Virus record (IMG/VR): IMGVR_UViG_2571042206_000004
Source of the DNA: a virus
Taxonomy: Duplodnaviria; Heunggongvirae; Uroviricota; Caudoviricetes
Direction: 5' to 3' (one strand)
Length of the DNA: 64,000 bases
Under the pieces are notes generated by a model that was not told the DNA's origin, searched no databases, and saw only the letters and a list, made by a program, of their open reading frames with translations. Each line of letters begins with the position of its first letter. Within the stretch, counting starts at the first letter, position 1. Shown piece after piece: positions 1 to 10,361 of the stretch. A program made the position numbers and the translations under genes.

Positions 1-1
1 C

Positions 2-316
2 ATGATTCCAATTTCCGCCCCAAAAGGCGTGTTGTTGAGAAATGATTTACCCGGAACGGAAATCGATTACGAGCTTCCCGGATATTTCAAAACAGGATTC
101 GTAGTCATTGTCCGAGATACTTCCTTTGATCTGGCTGAGCAAAGGATGCAAAGGGTGAGTGAAGTTCTCACACTCAATGACACAACTGTCGGAGACTTCC
201 ACTTCAACTATTGTCGACCAAAAACACGACCTAACGCATACCCAATGTCTGCGGGGAACTTAATTGAACTCGCCGCAGAATACAGCGTTTGTGGCTATGA
301 AATTAAAGGAGAGTAA
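2..316 (+). CDS. Phage tail completion/terminator-like protein, probably 5' truncated by the window edge
   Basis: Position directly before a gp10-like gene and the major tail gene; size fits; no diagnostic motif recognised. Confidence 0.4.
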   Translation: MIPISAPKGVLLRNDLPGTEIDYELPGYFKTGFVVIVRDTSFDLAEQRMQRVSEVLTLNDTTVGDFHFNYCRPKTRPNAYPMSAGNLIELAAEYSVCGYEIKGE

Positions 317-817
317 ATGTTCAAAAAGGGAAATTTTGGAAGACTGCGAGCAAGACTGGAAGCTCTTTCAGAAGTGCCCGAAAAAGTAGCTGCAACAACC
401 TTGCGTGACTGTGCCTACAAGGTAAAAGAAACCGCCATCAATATGACACCAATTGACGAGGGCGACCTTCGACGTTCAATTAAGGTGCGTCGAATTGGCG
501 GTGGTACAAATAAATTGGGGCAATTTAGTCGAGGGCAATCCAGATGGGAGGTGTATGTCAACATGTCCCAACCTACAAGCGGCGGTAAAAAAGAAGCTTT
601 TGTGGGGGAATATGCTTGGTTAATACACGAACACATGGGCTGGGGAAATGTGCGCATGTCAATCATGCCTTCGGAACGATCAGTGGCGGCGGGATTAGCA
701 AATGGAGTTCATGCCGGCGGGCGCTTCATGGATAGAGCGCTCATGTACCACGCCAAAGAGATTCAGAAGGATATTCGCGCACAAGTTCTTAGAGAAATCA
801 AGAAACTGGACAAATAA
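317..817 (+). CDS. HK97 gp10-like neck/tail component
   Basis: N-terminal pattern TPIDEGDLRRSI (TPvdtG.LrrSi of the HK97 gp10 family), C-terminal GRFM.RA; synteny. Confidence 0.6.
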   Translation: MFKKGNFGRLRARLEALSEVPEKVAATTLRDCAYKVKETAINMTPIDEGDLRRSIKVRRIGGGTNKLGQFSRGQSRWEVYVNMSQPTSGGKKEAFVGEYAWLIHEHMGWGNVRMSIMPSERSVAAGLANGVHAGGRFMDRALMYHAKEIQKDIRAQVLREIKKLDK

Positions 818-845
818 CCCCCTCTATGATAGATTGCCAAAAATC

Positions 846-859
846 AGTCATGGATGACT
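846..859. promoter_or_regulatory. 14 bp palindromic operator, AGTCA subtype
   Basis: AGTCATGGATGACT (extends to TCAGTCA-TGGA-TGACTGA) upstream of the major tail gene. Confidence 0.7.
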
Positions 860-886
860 GAATATGCCTTTGCAAAGGAGATGACA

Positions 887-1414
887 ATGGCAAGCGATGT
901 TAAAAACGTCAAGCTTGGTGTTTGTAAAATCATGTTCGATGGAGTGGACTTAGGTTTTACAAAAGGCGGCGTTGACGTAACTGTCTCAACTGAAACCCAC
1001 AAGGTTCAAGTTGACCAGTTTGGCCAAACACCAATCAATGAATACATTCTCGGTCGTACCGTAGTTGTAAAAGCCCCTCTCGCAGAAACCACTTTGGAAA
1101 ACTTGGTAAAAATCATGCCTGGTGCCACTTTGGTTACTGACGCTCAAACCCCTGCTAAAAAACGCGTAGATGTTCCTACTGGCGTTGGTATCAACTTGCT
1201 CGACTTCGCAAAAGAATTGGTATTGCACCCAATTGGCAAGCCTGATACCGACAAATCTGACGACTTTGTTGTTAAACGTGCGGCAACTGCTGGCGCATTG
1301 GATTTCGGCTACAAGCTGGAAGATGAGCGTTTGTTTAACACTGAGTTCAACGCGTATCCAGACGAGAACGGCAAACTGTTCTCTATTGGTGATCCGGCAG
1401 CTGGTAAGGCTTAA
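887..1414 (+). CDS. Major tail (tube) protein
   Basis: VKLG.C...G.DLGFTKGGV.V pattern typical of siphovirus tube proteins; AAGGAG RBS at 875-880 favours ATG 887; followed by a terminator and the chaperone genes. Confidence 0.75.
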   Translation: MASDVKNVKLGVCKIMFDGVDLGFTKGGVDVTVSTETHKVQVDQFGQTPINEYILGRTVVVKAPLAETTLENLVKIMPGATLVTDAQTPAKKRVDVPTGVGINLLDFAKELVLHPIGKPDTDKSDDFVVKRAATAGALDFGYKLEDERLFNTEFNAYPDENGKLFSIGDPAAGKA

Positions 1415-1424
1415 TTTATAAATC

Positions 1425-1438
1425 AGTCATTACTGACT
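1425..1438. promoter_or_regulatory. 14 bp palindromic operator, AGTCA subtype
   Basis: AGTCATTACTGACT within the longer inverted repeat AAATCAGTCA-TTAC-TGACTGATTT (1420-1443). Confidence 0.7.
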
Positions 1439-1457
1439 GATTTAACAACCTCCTAAC

Positions 1458-1482
1458 AGCCCTGTCATTCGCAGGGCTTTCT
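1458..1482 (+). terminator. Intrinsic terminator after the major tail gene
   Basis: AGCCCTG-TCATTCG-CAGGGCT then TTCT. Confidence 0.55.
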
Positions 1483-1502
1483 CAGATTCGAGACGCGCAA
1501 AA

Positions 1503-1826
1503 ATGAAATTATTAAACATTGAAAACATCTCAGTTAAAAGTGATCGATTTATCGAAATCGCTGGCAAAAAACATGAACTCAAAATCATGAGCGTTGGGGA
1601 ATTTACTCAATTCGTCAAAGATGCTCGTGAAATTGCAGCTTCGCGTGACCCTCTTCGTGAACTTGAATTTGCCATCAAAGTTGTTAGCTCTGCCCTTCCA
1701 GACGTTCCTGTTGAGGAAATCGAAAAGCTTCAACTTCCTCAACTTCAAGCAATTGTTGCGTTTGTTAGCGGACAAGACAATGACTCTGAAGAGGCTGATG
1801 AGGCGGCAGACAAAGAGGGAAAGTAA
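1503..1826 (+). CDS. Tail assembly chaperone (lambda gpG analogue)
   Basis: Between tube and tape measure genes; ends in the G GGA AAG slippery heptamer just before the stop. Confidence 0.75.
   Translation: MKLLNIENISVKSDRFIEIAGKKHELKIMSVGEFTQFVKDAREIAASRDPLRELEFAIKVVSSALPDVPVEEIEKLQLPQLQAIVAFVSGQDNDSEEADEAADKEGK
1817..1823 (+). other. Programmed -1 frameshift slippery site GGGAAAG
   Basis: Same heptamer and phase (G GGA AAG) as lambda G/GT. Confidence 0.8.
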
Positions 1827-2161
1827 GTGCCTCTGCGCCAAAGCTTGAATCTTTAGATTTTGGATTCCTGTTTTGTCGCGTAATGCATTTTTACTCAGAA
1901 ACCTATCAATCTCTACTCGCTATGCCAATCAAAACATTTTGGTTGCTTAGCAACAGTGTTGAACGGATCGAGGCTCAAAGAGATCTCCGACACTTAAAAA
2001 TTGCGCTGGCAGGAAGCATGGGCGCAACTCAAGAGGGCATTGAGAACCTAATGGAGTCTCTTAGAAAGGAAGTTGGCGAAGTAATCAAGGGAGATAACAA
2101 CCCAATTTTAAACACCGAAAGAGACGAAGCTGGATTCGAAGCGCTCCGAAATATGACATAA
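1817..2161 (+). CDS. Tail assembly chaperone extension (gpT analogue) reached by -1 frameshift
   Basis: The -1 frame is open from GGG at 1817 through the in-frame ATG at 1883 to TAA 2161. Confidence 0.7.
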   Translation, partial: GKVSASAPKLESLDFGFLFCRVMHFYSETYQSLLAMPIKTFWLLSNSVERIEAQRDLRHLKIALAGSMGATQEGIENLMESLRKEVGEVIKGDNNPILNTERDEAGFEALRNMT

Positions 2162-2177
2162 GGATGGTTAAACACAC

Positions 2178-5100
2178 ATGATCGGCGGCGGCGAAGTTAA
2201 AAACAGCCTCACGTTAGATGCATCGCAATTTGATTCCGCAATTGAGCAAGCCACCAAAAAGGCAATCGCGCTTGAGAAGGAATTAGACAACCTCGGTAAA
2301 CAGTCAACTAAGCTCGATTCAAAACTTGCTGATACAAAGCAGGGGATGGTCGAGCTTAATCGTCGTTTTAGCGATGCTGAAAAAACACTAGGCACCACAA
2401 GCAAAACATTTACTGATGCTCAAAAGAAAGTTGGCGAAACTACCAAGAACGTCGACTTGCTTTCGCGCAAGCTTGAAAAGCTGACAGGTGCGGCTACTCA
2501 GCAAAAAAGCGCCATCACTTCCCTTAAAGAACTCACCGACCATTACGGCAATACCATTGATGGTCTAAACCCCGTACTTGATCGCGTTCGTAAAACCGAA
2601 GAGCGACTAGGCAAGTCTCGCATCAAACATGCTGGCGAAGGGGCGGAAAAGGAAAAAACACGTTGGCTTGAGCGTCGCCGCATTCTCGCTGAGGAAGAGC
2701 AGGCAAACCAACGGTCCTTAAAATCTCGCGAGCAGCTTTATAAGCAATACGAAGCCCTAGAGCGCAAGTTAGAGACTGTTAAGCGCAATGCCACTAGCCA
2801 AGCTAATAAATTCGCCACAGCGACAACTGAGCGCGGTTTAGCGGCATATAAAAACCATTCCGGCAAAGCAAACGCTGCGGAAGAGCAATTAACAACCCTT
2901 CGCCAAACCAAGCTCGCAATTGAACAGTCTGTTTCCATGTTGCGGGAGCGGAACAAAGAGCTTAAAAACGCAATCAAAATCACTGATGATGGCTTGCGTC
3001 TGGAACGCCAAGAGCGTGATGTTTTAAAAGAACAAAATGACTTAGCCAAAAAACGCAATGATACAGAGCGCGAACGCATTCGTGCTATTAAGGACGTCGA
3101 AAAGGCCGAACGTGGATTGGCCGCCCTTAAAGATCGTGAATCAAAACAACAGATCGCCAACTCCAAACAGGAACAAAGAGCGGCTGAATTAAAGATCAAA
3201 GCAGAAGAGCGCGATTTAAATCGGCTTGAACGCTTAAAGGAGCGTAACCACCAAGCGGAACTAGCGCGTCGACGCCGCGAAGCTGCTGAAATCAACCGCG
3301 CGAATGCCGAAGCGGCCGCAGCGGTAACTGCTGTTGGAGCTGGCGCGGCAACCGTTGCGGGTGTACATGAAGCGGCGAGTTATCAAGATGTCGAAGATCG
3401 CGTTCGCATGCTTAACTTATCTCCTGAAGAGTTTAATCGCTTCAAGGAGAAGTCATGGGATTTGGCAAGTACTGAAAAATACTTATCCAGAACCGCAGCA
3501 ATGCAAACCCGTCTCGATGCTCTGACGGCAATTGGCTACAACAAAGAGCCAACGATCGACAAAACCATATCGAGCGCTTCTCGAAATGCATATCTTTTGC
3601 GTTCTTTGGGTTATGAAAACGGCACACATTCAGACGTCGTAAAAAATCTATATGGTTTTGCCGAAGCAAGGCAGGTGATGGATGACCCTAACGAAGTCAA
3701 TAAGTCATTTGATATTGCCCGCAGAATGGCCGTTGCTTCAGGCGGCAAAATCAAGATGGCCGACATTGAGACGGTGGCCCGTAATATTGGTGATTTGCGC
3801 CAAACCATGTCTTCTGAAGGGTGGATTAGACTCGCCGCAGTAATGGAGCAGTTTAAGACAGCTGGCGGCGGAAACGGTGGCGGTGGTGGCGTTTCCTCAG
3901 TTGGTACCATCTTTAAAATGATGAGCCTTTATGCATCAGGCAAGCCAATAACCAACACGGCGGCTCTCAATTTGCTTGGTGCGGACGTTATGAACGACGC
4001 ATTCGCCGATGGTACGTCGCAACAATTCCAGAACTCGCGAGAAATTCAAGGCGCAATGATGAAAGCTGTGAAAACAGCTGGCTTCAAAGACGTCAAGGAA
4101 ATGTCGAAGGACCCTATCAAGTTCTTTGCTGGATTGCGTGGTCAATTGCTCGATTACATGATGCAAGACGCACAGTTCAAGAAGTTCTTTGGTGCAAATA
4201 CGCCTAAGCATAGCTACAACGCCGAAGGGCGAATGATCGGTGCAAATGGTCAGCTGGTAGATCAGCGCACACAAGATGACATTGAAAACGCAGCATTTAA
4301 GCGTTTCTTTGCACAGTCGGGCATGTCCAACAAAACCATTGACGGTATGTTGTTGACCATGAACCGCAGTTTTGTGGAGCGTTCAAACCACGCAGCTGAA
4401 ACAGCAATGGGATCTCAAGGCGAACTTGAGGCGATGCAAAATCTAACCGAGAACTGGAATGCCAACATGGACATTCTAAAAGCTTCTTTGGCTGATTTTG
4501 CTGTCACCTTTGAGCCTCTTCTTGCTAAGTTAGCCGAAGTTCCTAAGTTCTTTGCAAGCATCATTCGCTCATTCAGTGAATTTGGTAAGGACAATCCAAC
4601 TCTAGCCACGCTTTCTTTGATGACGGTAGGGTTTGGCCTGCTCAAAGTTACTATTATGGCAACGCTCTCGCCTATTCGAATGTTATTGGGTGTGTTGGGG
4701 TTGATGCCTAAATCTTTGGGGAACATTGTTTCTTCAATGAAAAACTTAGGGACGGCATCAGGGGCGGCCAAAACCTCAATCAACGCAACCAAAGATACTG
4801 TCGGAAAAGCCGCATCTGAATTTACATCCTTCGGCACAACAGCTGAAAAATCCGCAGAACGCGCCAATGCAGGCGTAAAAGGATTTGCAGGCAAGCTATC
4901 TGGCCACTTGGGTTCAGTTAAGGTATTTGCTGGGGGCGCACTTCGCCTATTGGGTTCTGTGGTCAATTGGGCTGGTTGGCTCATCTTGGCGGGGCAATTT
5001 GGTTGGGCGATTGGTAAGTGGATCGGCTCGCTCAAAGTGGGCGGAACAGAAATTAACACCCACATCCAAAATATTGTCAATGACATCGTGTCCAATTGGG

Positions 5101-7922
5101 ATTTGATGATCAACTCTCTTAAAGGCGCTTGGCTATCCTTTAAAGAGTTCTTTACAGGTGAGCAATTACAGGCCCGCGCTGAAATTCAAGAAACGCGCCG
5201 TCAGATTAAGGAGCAGCAAGAGCGTCTTCATGTAGTTACGGAAGGCGAAAAGCAAGAAAAGGTTAATAACATCTCAACCGAAGTAACCAAGCGTTACGCG
5301 AATTTGCTTAAAGGTGCAAAAGTTGGCGATACGGTTAAGGGAGTTAAAGTTACCGATAGCGTCAAGAACTGGGCTAACGCTTACGAGTACAGCCAATCTG
5401 GGGCTCGTTATGGCCATACTGACGTCAAAGCCCCACGTATGCCTTATGAAGTTAAGGTTCAATACGACAAAGCGATGGGGCATGTCAAAAAGAACTATGG
5501 CTTAACTTCGGACGAACAGAAGAAAACATCTGCAACTACTGACAAAGACAACCACACTTCAGCTACCCCAGCTGGCTTCATGCCGGGAACTGGTAATCAC
5601 GATATTAGCTCTCCAACGCTTGCTACCAAGCCTAAAAAAGATCGAGGCTCTGGTGGTTCAACTCGTGACTTTGAAAGCAAAGTCATGGGGGTTAATGAAG
5701 GTCTGTTAGCTAAAATTGCGGAGCTGAATGTTCTTGATGATTCAGTTTTGGAAAAAGGCGCGCCAGATTACTACAAACTCGCCAAGCTTTCATTTATCAA
5801 AGAGTGGATGCAAGGCAACTTTGACGATGGCAGAAACCCTAAGAATCGCCCATTTGCTAACCGCAGCTACCAAAAAGGGCGCGTATGGAAGCAAGAGGAT
5901 ATTGACTGGAACGCCGTAGATCCAAAAACAGGTATTTCAGTTGAGCAGATTCTCAAAAACATGGCTCAAGTTCGTCAGCTTGAAGACATGCATAAGTCGG
6001 TTCAATTTGCGGTTTCTAAATCAGCAAATGCAAATGAGAACTTCAAAGACTCACTCGAAGATGCAACAAATGACATAGACAATCAAAGTGATGCTTTGGC
6101 TGCATTACGTCGTGAATTTGCGCGATTTGAAGCGAAGAATCCGTTCGCATACGGCGACCCTAATTACGTTTCAAATAAAAATGCATCTATCGCAATGCAA
6201 ACAGCTTCAGATTATTTGGGTTACGCGAAAAAGGCGAAAAACTCAAACTCCGAAGATTCATCTGTATTTGTCGACAATGAATACGCGCGAAACCAACAAG
6301 CGGTAAATAAAAAGTATGACGACCTGATCAAGCCATACAAGTTGATTCAATCTCAACTTGACGAGCAGATCGCCTCTTTAGACGCCGTACAGCAACGCAC
6401 TCAAGAACAAGAGGACTTGTATGCGAAGTTATTGCAGACACGCAAAGACTTTGAAGAAGAGTTTTCAGAGTTTTACCGCATTCAAGAGGAAAAGCGCCGC
6501 CGTGAGCTAATGTCCACCTATGATCAGGCAATGATCAAATGGCGGGATTACGAAACCACATATCGTCAAACCATTTCAGATCTTGGCGTTGAAATGTCGG
6601 ATGGCATTTTTAATAAGTTCCTGAAAGGCGATGACGTCTCCCTAAGCGGCATCTTGTCTGAGAGCGCATCTAAAATTTCACAAGGCGCTTTCCGCTACGT
6701 GTGGCAAGACATGTCTAAACGCGCGCTTGGTGATGGCGCTAATACCGACCTTTACTCAATGGGCAAATCCTTACTCAAAGGCGAGGCCGTTGATGAAAGT
6801 GGATTTGTTGGAAAGTGGCTAAACAAAATCCGTGGTTTGACTGGGGTGGCGTCAAGTGACTCTTCAGCAGACTCGGCGGAGGCTTCTAACACAATCGCGG
6901 TAAATGCCAACACCGCAGCAATTCAAAACCTCACAGCAGCACTCCGTGGCCAAAGCATTTCTAGTGTCATTGGTGGTGTTGCATCATCAGTTGGTGGTGA
7001 AGACCTAACAACCTTCGCAAGCGCAGTACTAGGGCCTGAAAATGTTGGGGCTATTGATTATGTCAATGGTTCTGGTGGCTTCCTTGACCATCTAGCCGGC
7101 GGGTTTGAAGGTGGTGCCGGTATGGACCCTAACTTACCTAGCTTCCTCAACGGCGGATTGATGGATAAAAGCGTTGGGGGTTCGCTAGAAGGCGCAGAAG
7201 GTGGAGTGCTTGGTGGTCTGTTTGCGCAGATCAAATCTGGCTTCATGGACATCTTCGGACAGGGAGCGGGTGGCGGCATCTTCTCAACAATCAAGTCGGG
7301 CTTCTCTAATTTATTCAGCAACGGCAGTGGCTTAATGAGTTCTATCGGCAGTGCATTTAGCAGCTTGTTCGGTGGAGGCGCTGGCGGTGGTGGAATTTTT
7401 AGCAGCCTAGCAAGTGCCATTAGTGGTTTGTTTAGCGGTGGCGGTGGAGCTGGCGGAGGTATGGGAGGTGCTGGTGGCTGGATTGGTGCGGCTGCATCTA
7501 TCGCTTCCTCTTTCTTTGCTAACGGTGGCGCTTTTGGCGCTGGTACACATGCTTTTGCTAACGGCGGGGCATTTACCAATGGGATTTACGATTCACCAAC
7601 CTACTTCAAGTTTGCCAAAGGTGGCGGATTTGCAAACGGCGTAATGGGAGAAGCTGGGCCAGAAGCGGTCATGCCATTGCAACGTGATTCTTCAGGACGT
7701 TTAGGGGTTGCTCTAAACGGAGGCGCGCCAGTTGGTGGGGGCACGGTTGTAAGCATCAACATTGAAGTCAACAACAATGGAGATACAACAACAGAAAGCT
7801 CAAAAGGCGGAGACAACGAATCCAACTGGAAAGACTTGTCTAACAGAGTCAAGTCATTAGTTCAGGAAGAGATCGTGAAGCAAAAACGACCAGGCGGTAT
7901 GTTGCGTTCAACAAACCAGTAA
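2178..7922 (+). CDS. Tail tape measure protein
   Basis: 1914 aa, coiled-coil N-terminus, Ala/Gly-rich body, C-terminal FANGGAF...MGEAGPEAVMPL motif. Confidence 0.92.
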   Translation: MIGGGEVKNSLTLDASQFDSAIEQATKKAIALEKELDNLGKQSTKLDSKLADTKQGMVELNRRFSDAEKTLGTTSKTFTDAQKKVGETTKNVDLLSRKLEKLTGAATQQKSAITSLKELTDHYGNTIDGLNPVLDRVRKTEERLGKSRIKHAGEGAEKEKTRWLERRRILAEEEQANQRSLKSREQLYKQYEALERKLETVKRNATSQANKFATATTERGLAAYKNHSGKANAAEEQLTTLRQTKLAIEQSVSMLRERNKELKNAIKITDDGLRLERQERDVLKEQNDLAKKRNDTERERIRAIKDVEKAERGLAALKDRESKQQIANSKQEQRAAELKIKAEERDLNRLERLKERNHQAELARRRREAAEINRANAEAAAAVTAVGAGAATVAGVHEAASYQDVEDRVRMLNLSPEEFNRFKEKSWDLASTEKYLSRTAAMQTRLDALTAIGYNKEPTIDKTISSASRNAYLLRSLGYENGTHSDVVKNLYGFAEARQVMDDPNEVNKSFDIARRMAVASGGKIKMADIETVARNIGDLRQTMSSEGWIRLAAVMEQFKTAGGGNGGGGGVSSVGTIFKMMSLYASGKPITNTAALNLLGADVMNDAFADGTSQQFQNSREIQGAMMKAVKTAGFKDVKEMSKDPIKFFAGLRGQLLDYMMQDAQFKKFFGANTPKHSYNAEGRMIGANGQLVDQRTQDDIENAAFKRFFAQSGMSNKTIDGMLLTMNRSFVERSNHAAETAMGSQGELEAMQNLTENWNANMDILKASLADFAVTFEPLLAKLAEVPKFFASIIRSFSEFGKDNPTLATLSLMTVGFGLLKVTIMATLSPIRMLLGVLGLMPKSLGNIVSSMKNLGTASGAAKTSINATKDTVGKAASEFTSFGTTAEKSAERANAGVKGFAGKLSGHLGSVKVFAGGALRLLGSVVNWAGWLILAGQFGWAIGKWIGSLKVGGTEINTHIQNIVNDIVSNWDLMINSLKGAWLSFKEFFTGEQLQARAEIQETRRQIKEQQERLHVVTEGEKQEKVNNISTEVTKRYANLLKGAKVGDTVKGVKVTDSVKNWANAYEYSQSGARYGHTDVKAPRMPYEVKVQYDKAMGHVKKNYGLTSDEQKKTSATTDKDNHTSATPAGFMPGTGNHDISSPTLATKPKKDRGSGGSTRDFESKVMGVNEGLLAKIAELNVLDDSVLEKGAPDYYKLAKLSFIKEWMQGNFDDGRNPKNRPFANRSYQKGRVWKQEDIDWNAVDPKTGISVEQILKNMAQVRQLEDMHKSVQFAVSKSANANENFKDSLEDATNDIDNQSDALAALRREFARFEAKNPFAYGDPNYVSNKNASIAMQTASDYLGYAKKAKNSNSEDSSVFVDNEYARNQQAVNKKYDDLIKPYKLIQSQLDEQIASLDAVQQRTQEQEDLYAKLLQTRKDFEEEFSEFYRIQEEKRRRELMSTYDQAMIKWRDYETTYRQTISDLGVEMSDGIFNKFLKGDDVSLSGILSESASKISQGAFRYVWQDMSKRALGDGANTDLYSMGKSLLKGEAVDESGFVGKWLNKIRGLTGVASSDSSADSAEASNTIAVNANTAAIQNLTAALRGQSISSVIGGVASSVGGEDLTTFASAVLGPENVGAIDYVNGSGGFLDHLAGGFEGGAGMDPNLPSFLNGGLMDKSVGGSLEGAEGGVLGGLFAQIKSGFMDIFGQGAGGGIFSTIKSGFSNLFSNGSGLMSSIGSAFSSLFGGGAGGGGIFSSLASAISGLFSGGGGAGGGMGGAGGWIGAAASIASSFFANGGAFGAGTHAFANGGAFTNGIYDSPTYFKFAKGGGFANGVMGEAGPEAVMPLQRDSSGRLGVALNGGAPVGGGTVVSINIEVNNNGDTTTESSKGGDNESNWKDLSNRVKSLVQEEIVKQKRPGGMLRSTNQ

Positions 7923-7939
7923 AAATCAATCAAAAAATC

Positions 7940-7953
7940 AGTCAGGACTGACT
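7940..7953. promoter_or_regulatory. 14 bp palindromic operator, AGTCA subtype
   Basis: AGTCAGGACTGACT, 4 bp before the ATG of the gpM-like gene. Confidence 0.7.
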
Positions 7954-7957
7954 TACT

Positions 7958-8287
7958 ATGCTAAAATTTGAATGGAGTCCAGATTTAGGCTGTGAGCGGG
8001 ATGAAACCCCGCTCGTTACAGTCACGAAATTTGGCGATGGATATGAAGCAAGACTGGCAACAGGAATTAACTCCCAACCGAATAAATGGACTGTCACGTT
8101 CACGAAGAACTTAGACGAGTACCGAAAAATTCGGGCTTTCCTTAAACAGCATGGAGCAGTTAAGGCGTTTGAGTGGGTTGATCCAGAAGGCGAATTAGGA
8201 CGATACGTCTGCCGGTCTTGGAAAAGTAAACAAGTCGGGTTCGGAGTACTTCAGATAACGGGGGTATTCGAACAGGTATTTGAGTAA
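7958..8287 (+). CDS. Minor tail protein (lambda gpM-like distal tail)
   Basis: F.W.PD...V.VTKFGDGYE.R...GIN...W.VTF...FL..HG.V.AF.W pattern. Confidence 0.88.
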   Translation: MLKFEWSPDLGCERDETPLVTVTKFGDGYEARLATGINSQPNKWTVTFTKNLDEYRKIRAFLKQHGAVKAFEWVDPEGELGRYVCRSWKSKQVGFGVLQITGVFEQVFE

Positions 8288-8295
8288 GGACACTC

Positions 8296-9006
8296 GTGAA
8301 CATTCCAGTTGTAAACATTCAGACGGAGATTCAATCGCTTTCTCCGTCAGCTTTGGTGGAGTTGTTTGTAATCGACACCACAATGTTTGAAAACGGCTCA
8401 ATTATGCGTTTCCACTCAGGAATCGCGCAGGGCTATCAAGACATCGTTTGGCAAGGCTTGAATTACAAGCCTATGCCAATCGAAAGCAGCGGTTTTGACA
8501 AGACAGCTCAAGGCACTTTGCCACGCCCTAAGCTAAAAATTGCCAATGTGGGCGGTTTGTTCTCGGCTATGGTCATCCAAATGGACGATCTGGTGGGCGC
8601 TCGAATCACTCGCAAACGAACTTTTGCTCGCTATCTTGATGCTGTCAATTTCCGCAACGGCAATCCAGAAGAGAACCCCGACCAACATTTACCAGACGAA
8701 ATGTGGCTGGTTGATCGTAAAGCTACCGAAACCAAAGATGTCATCGAATGGGAGCTGGCTTCAGCATTTGATTTCGACGGCATCAAACTGCCTTATCGAC
8801 AAGTTCTAAAGAACTCATGCGCATGGCGGTATCGAGGCCCTGAATGTGGCTACTCAGGTGGCTATTACGACGAGTTTGACCAGCCTACAAACGACATCAA
8901 TAAGGACTGTTGCCCAAAGCGGTTTACGTCCTGCAAAGCCCGACAAGGTAGTGATGTTGTTTTGACGTTTGGTGGAATGCCGGGGGTTCAACGTGGCGAC
9001 GATTAA
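8296..9006 (+). CDS. Minor tail protein L
   Basis: WQG..Y.PMPIESSGF, C.W.YRG.ECGY and C.K...SCK Fe-S cysteines, FGG.PG end. Confidence 0.9.
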   Translation: MNIPVVNIQTEIQSLSPSALVELFVIDTTMFENGSIMRFHSGIAQGYQDIVWQGLNYKPMPIESSGFDKTAQGTLPRPKLKIANVGGLFSAMVIQMDDLVGARITRKRTFARYLDAVNFRNGNPEENPDQHLPDEMWLVDRKATETKDVIEWELASAFDFDGIKLPYRQVLKNSCAWRYRGPECGYSGGYYDEFDQPTNDINKDCCPKRFTSCKARQGSDVVLTFGGMPGVQRGDD

Positions 9007-9751
9007 TCCTAAAGCTCGTCAGTCTGTTGCTGCCCGAATCCGTGAAATTGCTGAGCTTCGTTACCCATACGAAGCTTGCGGCTTCATTGTGGGGGTGGGC
9101 AAGAAGACTCTCGTTATCGAAAAGCAAAATGAAGCACACAACAAACGCACTAACTTCTTAATGAATCCCGGCGCTTGGGCTGAAGCGGAGCAAGAAGGTG
9201 AGCTTTTAGGCGTTTGGCATACCCATGTTGAAGAGCCGGCACGACCAACACCAGCAGATTTAGCTGCGTGCGAAGAAAGTGAATTGCCGTGGTTCTTGAT
9301 GGGCATTTATAAGCGCTCAGACTGCTTTGAATTTTCCGATCTTATTTACTTTGAGCCGACTGGATACCAACAACCTTACGTTGGTCGTCCATATGTGTAC
9401 GGCACGTTTGATTGCTGGTCACTCGTTGTTGATTACCTTAAACGCGAATTAAACATTGAGATCAGCAACAACTATCCACGACTTGAAAACTTTTGGCTCA
9501 AGGATGAGACAAATTTTTTCGACACCCACTTCGCCAATGAAGGTCTTTTCGAAATCGAAGGAGAGCTTCAAAAGGGCGATGTTTTGATGTTTCAAACGGA
9601 CGCCAGCGGTCACGCAAACCATGTCGGCGTCTACATTGGAAACAATCAATTTCTTCATCACGTTCAAGGTCGCTTATCAACCATTGATACCTACGGCGGC
9701 TATTGGGAAAAGCACACCATCAGACGATTGAGACACGTAAATGCTAGTTAG
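8993..9751 (+). CDS. Tail assembly protein K (JAB/MPN + NlpC/P60)
   Basis: YPYEACG, WHTH...PTPAD JAB motif; GRPYVYG.FDCW and NHVGVYIG..FLHH NlpC motif. Start placed at GTG 8993. Confidence 0.9.
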   Translation: MATINPKARQSVAARIREIAELRYPYEACGFIVGVGKKTLVIEKQNEAHNKRTNFLMNPGAWAEAEQEGELLGVWHTHVEEPARPTPADLAACEESELPWFLMGIYKRSDCFEFSDLIYFEPTGYQQPYVGRPYVYGTFDCWSLVVDYLKRELNIEISNNYPRLENFWLKDETNFFDTHFANEGLFEIEGELQKGDVLMFQTDASGHANHVGVYIGNNQFLHHVQGRLSTIDTYGGYWEKHTIRRLRHVNAS

Positions 9752-10361
9752 CGTTCATCTTCATGGCCCAATGGGCAAGGAGTTTGGCAAGGAATGGAAC
9801 CTAGCTATCAAAACTCCACGCGAAGCATTAGCTCTCATTGATGCAAACACAGGACGTTTGTTTCATTGGATGCGAGCAAATCTTCAAAAGTACAAAAACT
9901 ACCGAGTGTTTTGCATCTTCAAGAACGGCAAAAAGGAATTTTTGACGAAAGACACTTTGCTCTCGGCAAACAACATTCAATCCGTTCACTTCGCTCCTGT
10001 CGTTACGGGTTCAGGTAAGTGGGGAAAAATCATCGCCGGTGTGGTTTTGATGGTCGCTTCCTACTGGCTTGGCCCAATGGCGTTCCAAGCCGGACTTGCG
10101 CTTGTTATGAGCGGGGTAAGTGAGCTTCTAGCTCCGAAGGTCAAAACTGGCTCAACCAGAACCTCTCATTACTTTCAAGGCGCCACCAATACGGTGCAGC
10201 AAGGCGACCCCGTTCCTTTGATTTACGGACGAATCAAAACGGGTGCTTCGCCTATTTCCGTACGCATGACTGTCAACGAATTGTCAGCTTTTACAACCAC
10301 TCAAACGAATCAAGTAAAAGGGTTTTTGCATGGAAGCAGTAACCAACCTACAAACTATTAA
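9741..10361 (+). CDS. Tail assembly protein I
   Basis: V.LHG.MGK.FG, NT.QQGDPVPLIYG pattern; synteny M-L-K-I-J. Confidence 0.85.
   Translation: MLVSVHLHGPMGKEFGKEWNLAIKTPREALALIDANTGRLFHWMRANLQKYKNYRVFCIFKNGKKEFLTKDTLLSANNIQSVHFAPVVTGSGKWGKIIAGVVLMVASYWLGPMAFQAGLALVMSGVSELLAPKVKTGSTRTSHYFQGATNTVQQGDPVPLIYGRIKTGASPISVRMTVNELSAFTTTQTNQVKGFLHGSSNQPTNY

Noticed and set aside
2738-7852. Long minus-strand ORFs (2738-3295, 4415-5113, 7058-7579, 7601-7852)
   Set aside because: They are antisense shadows of the tape measure gene, with no motifs.
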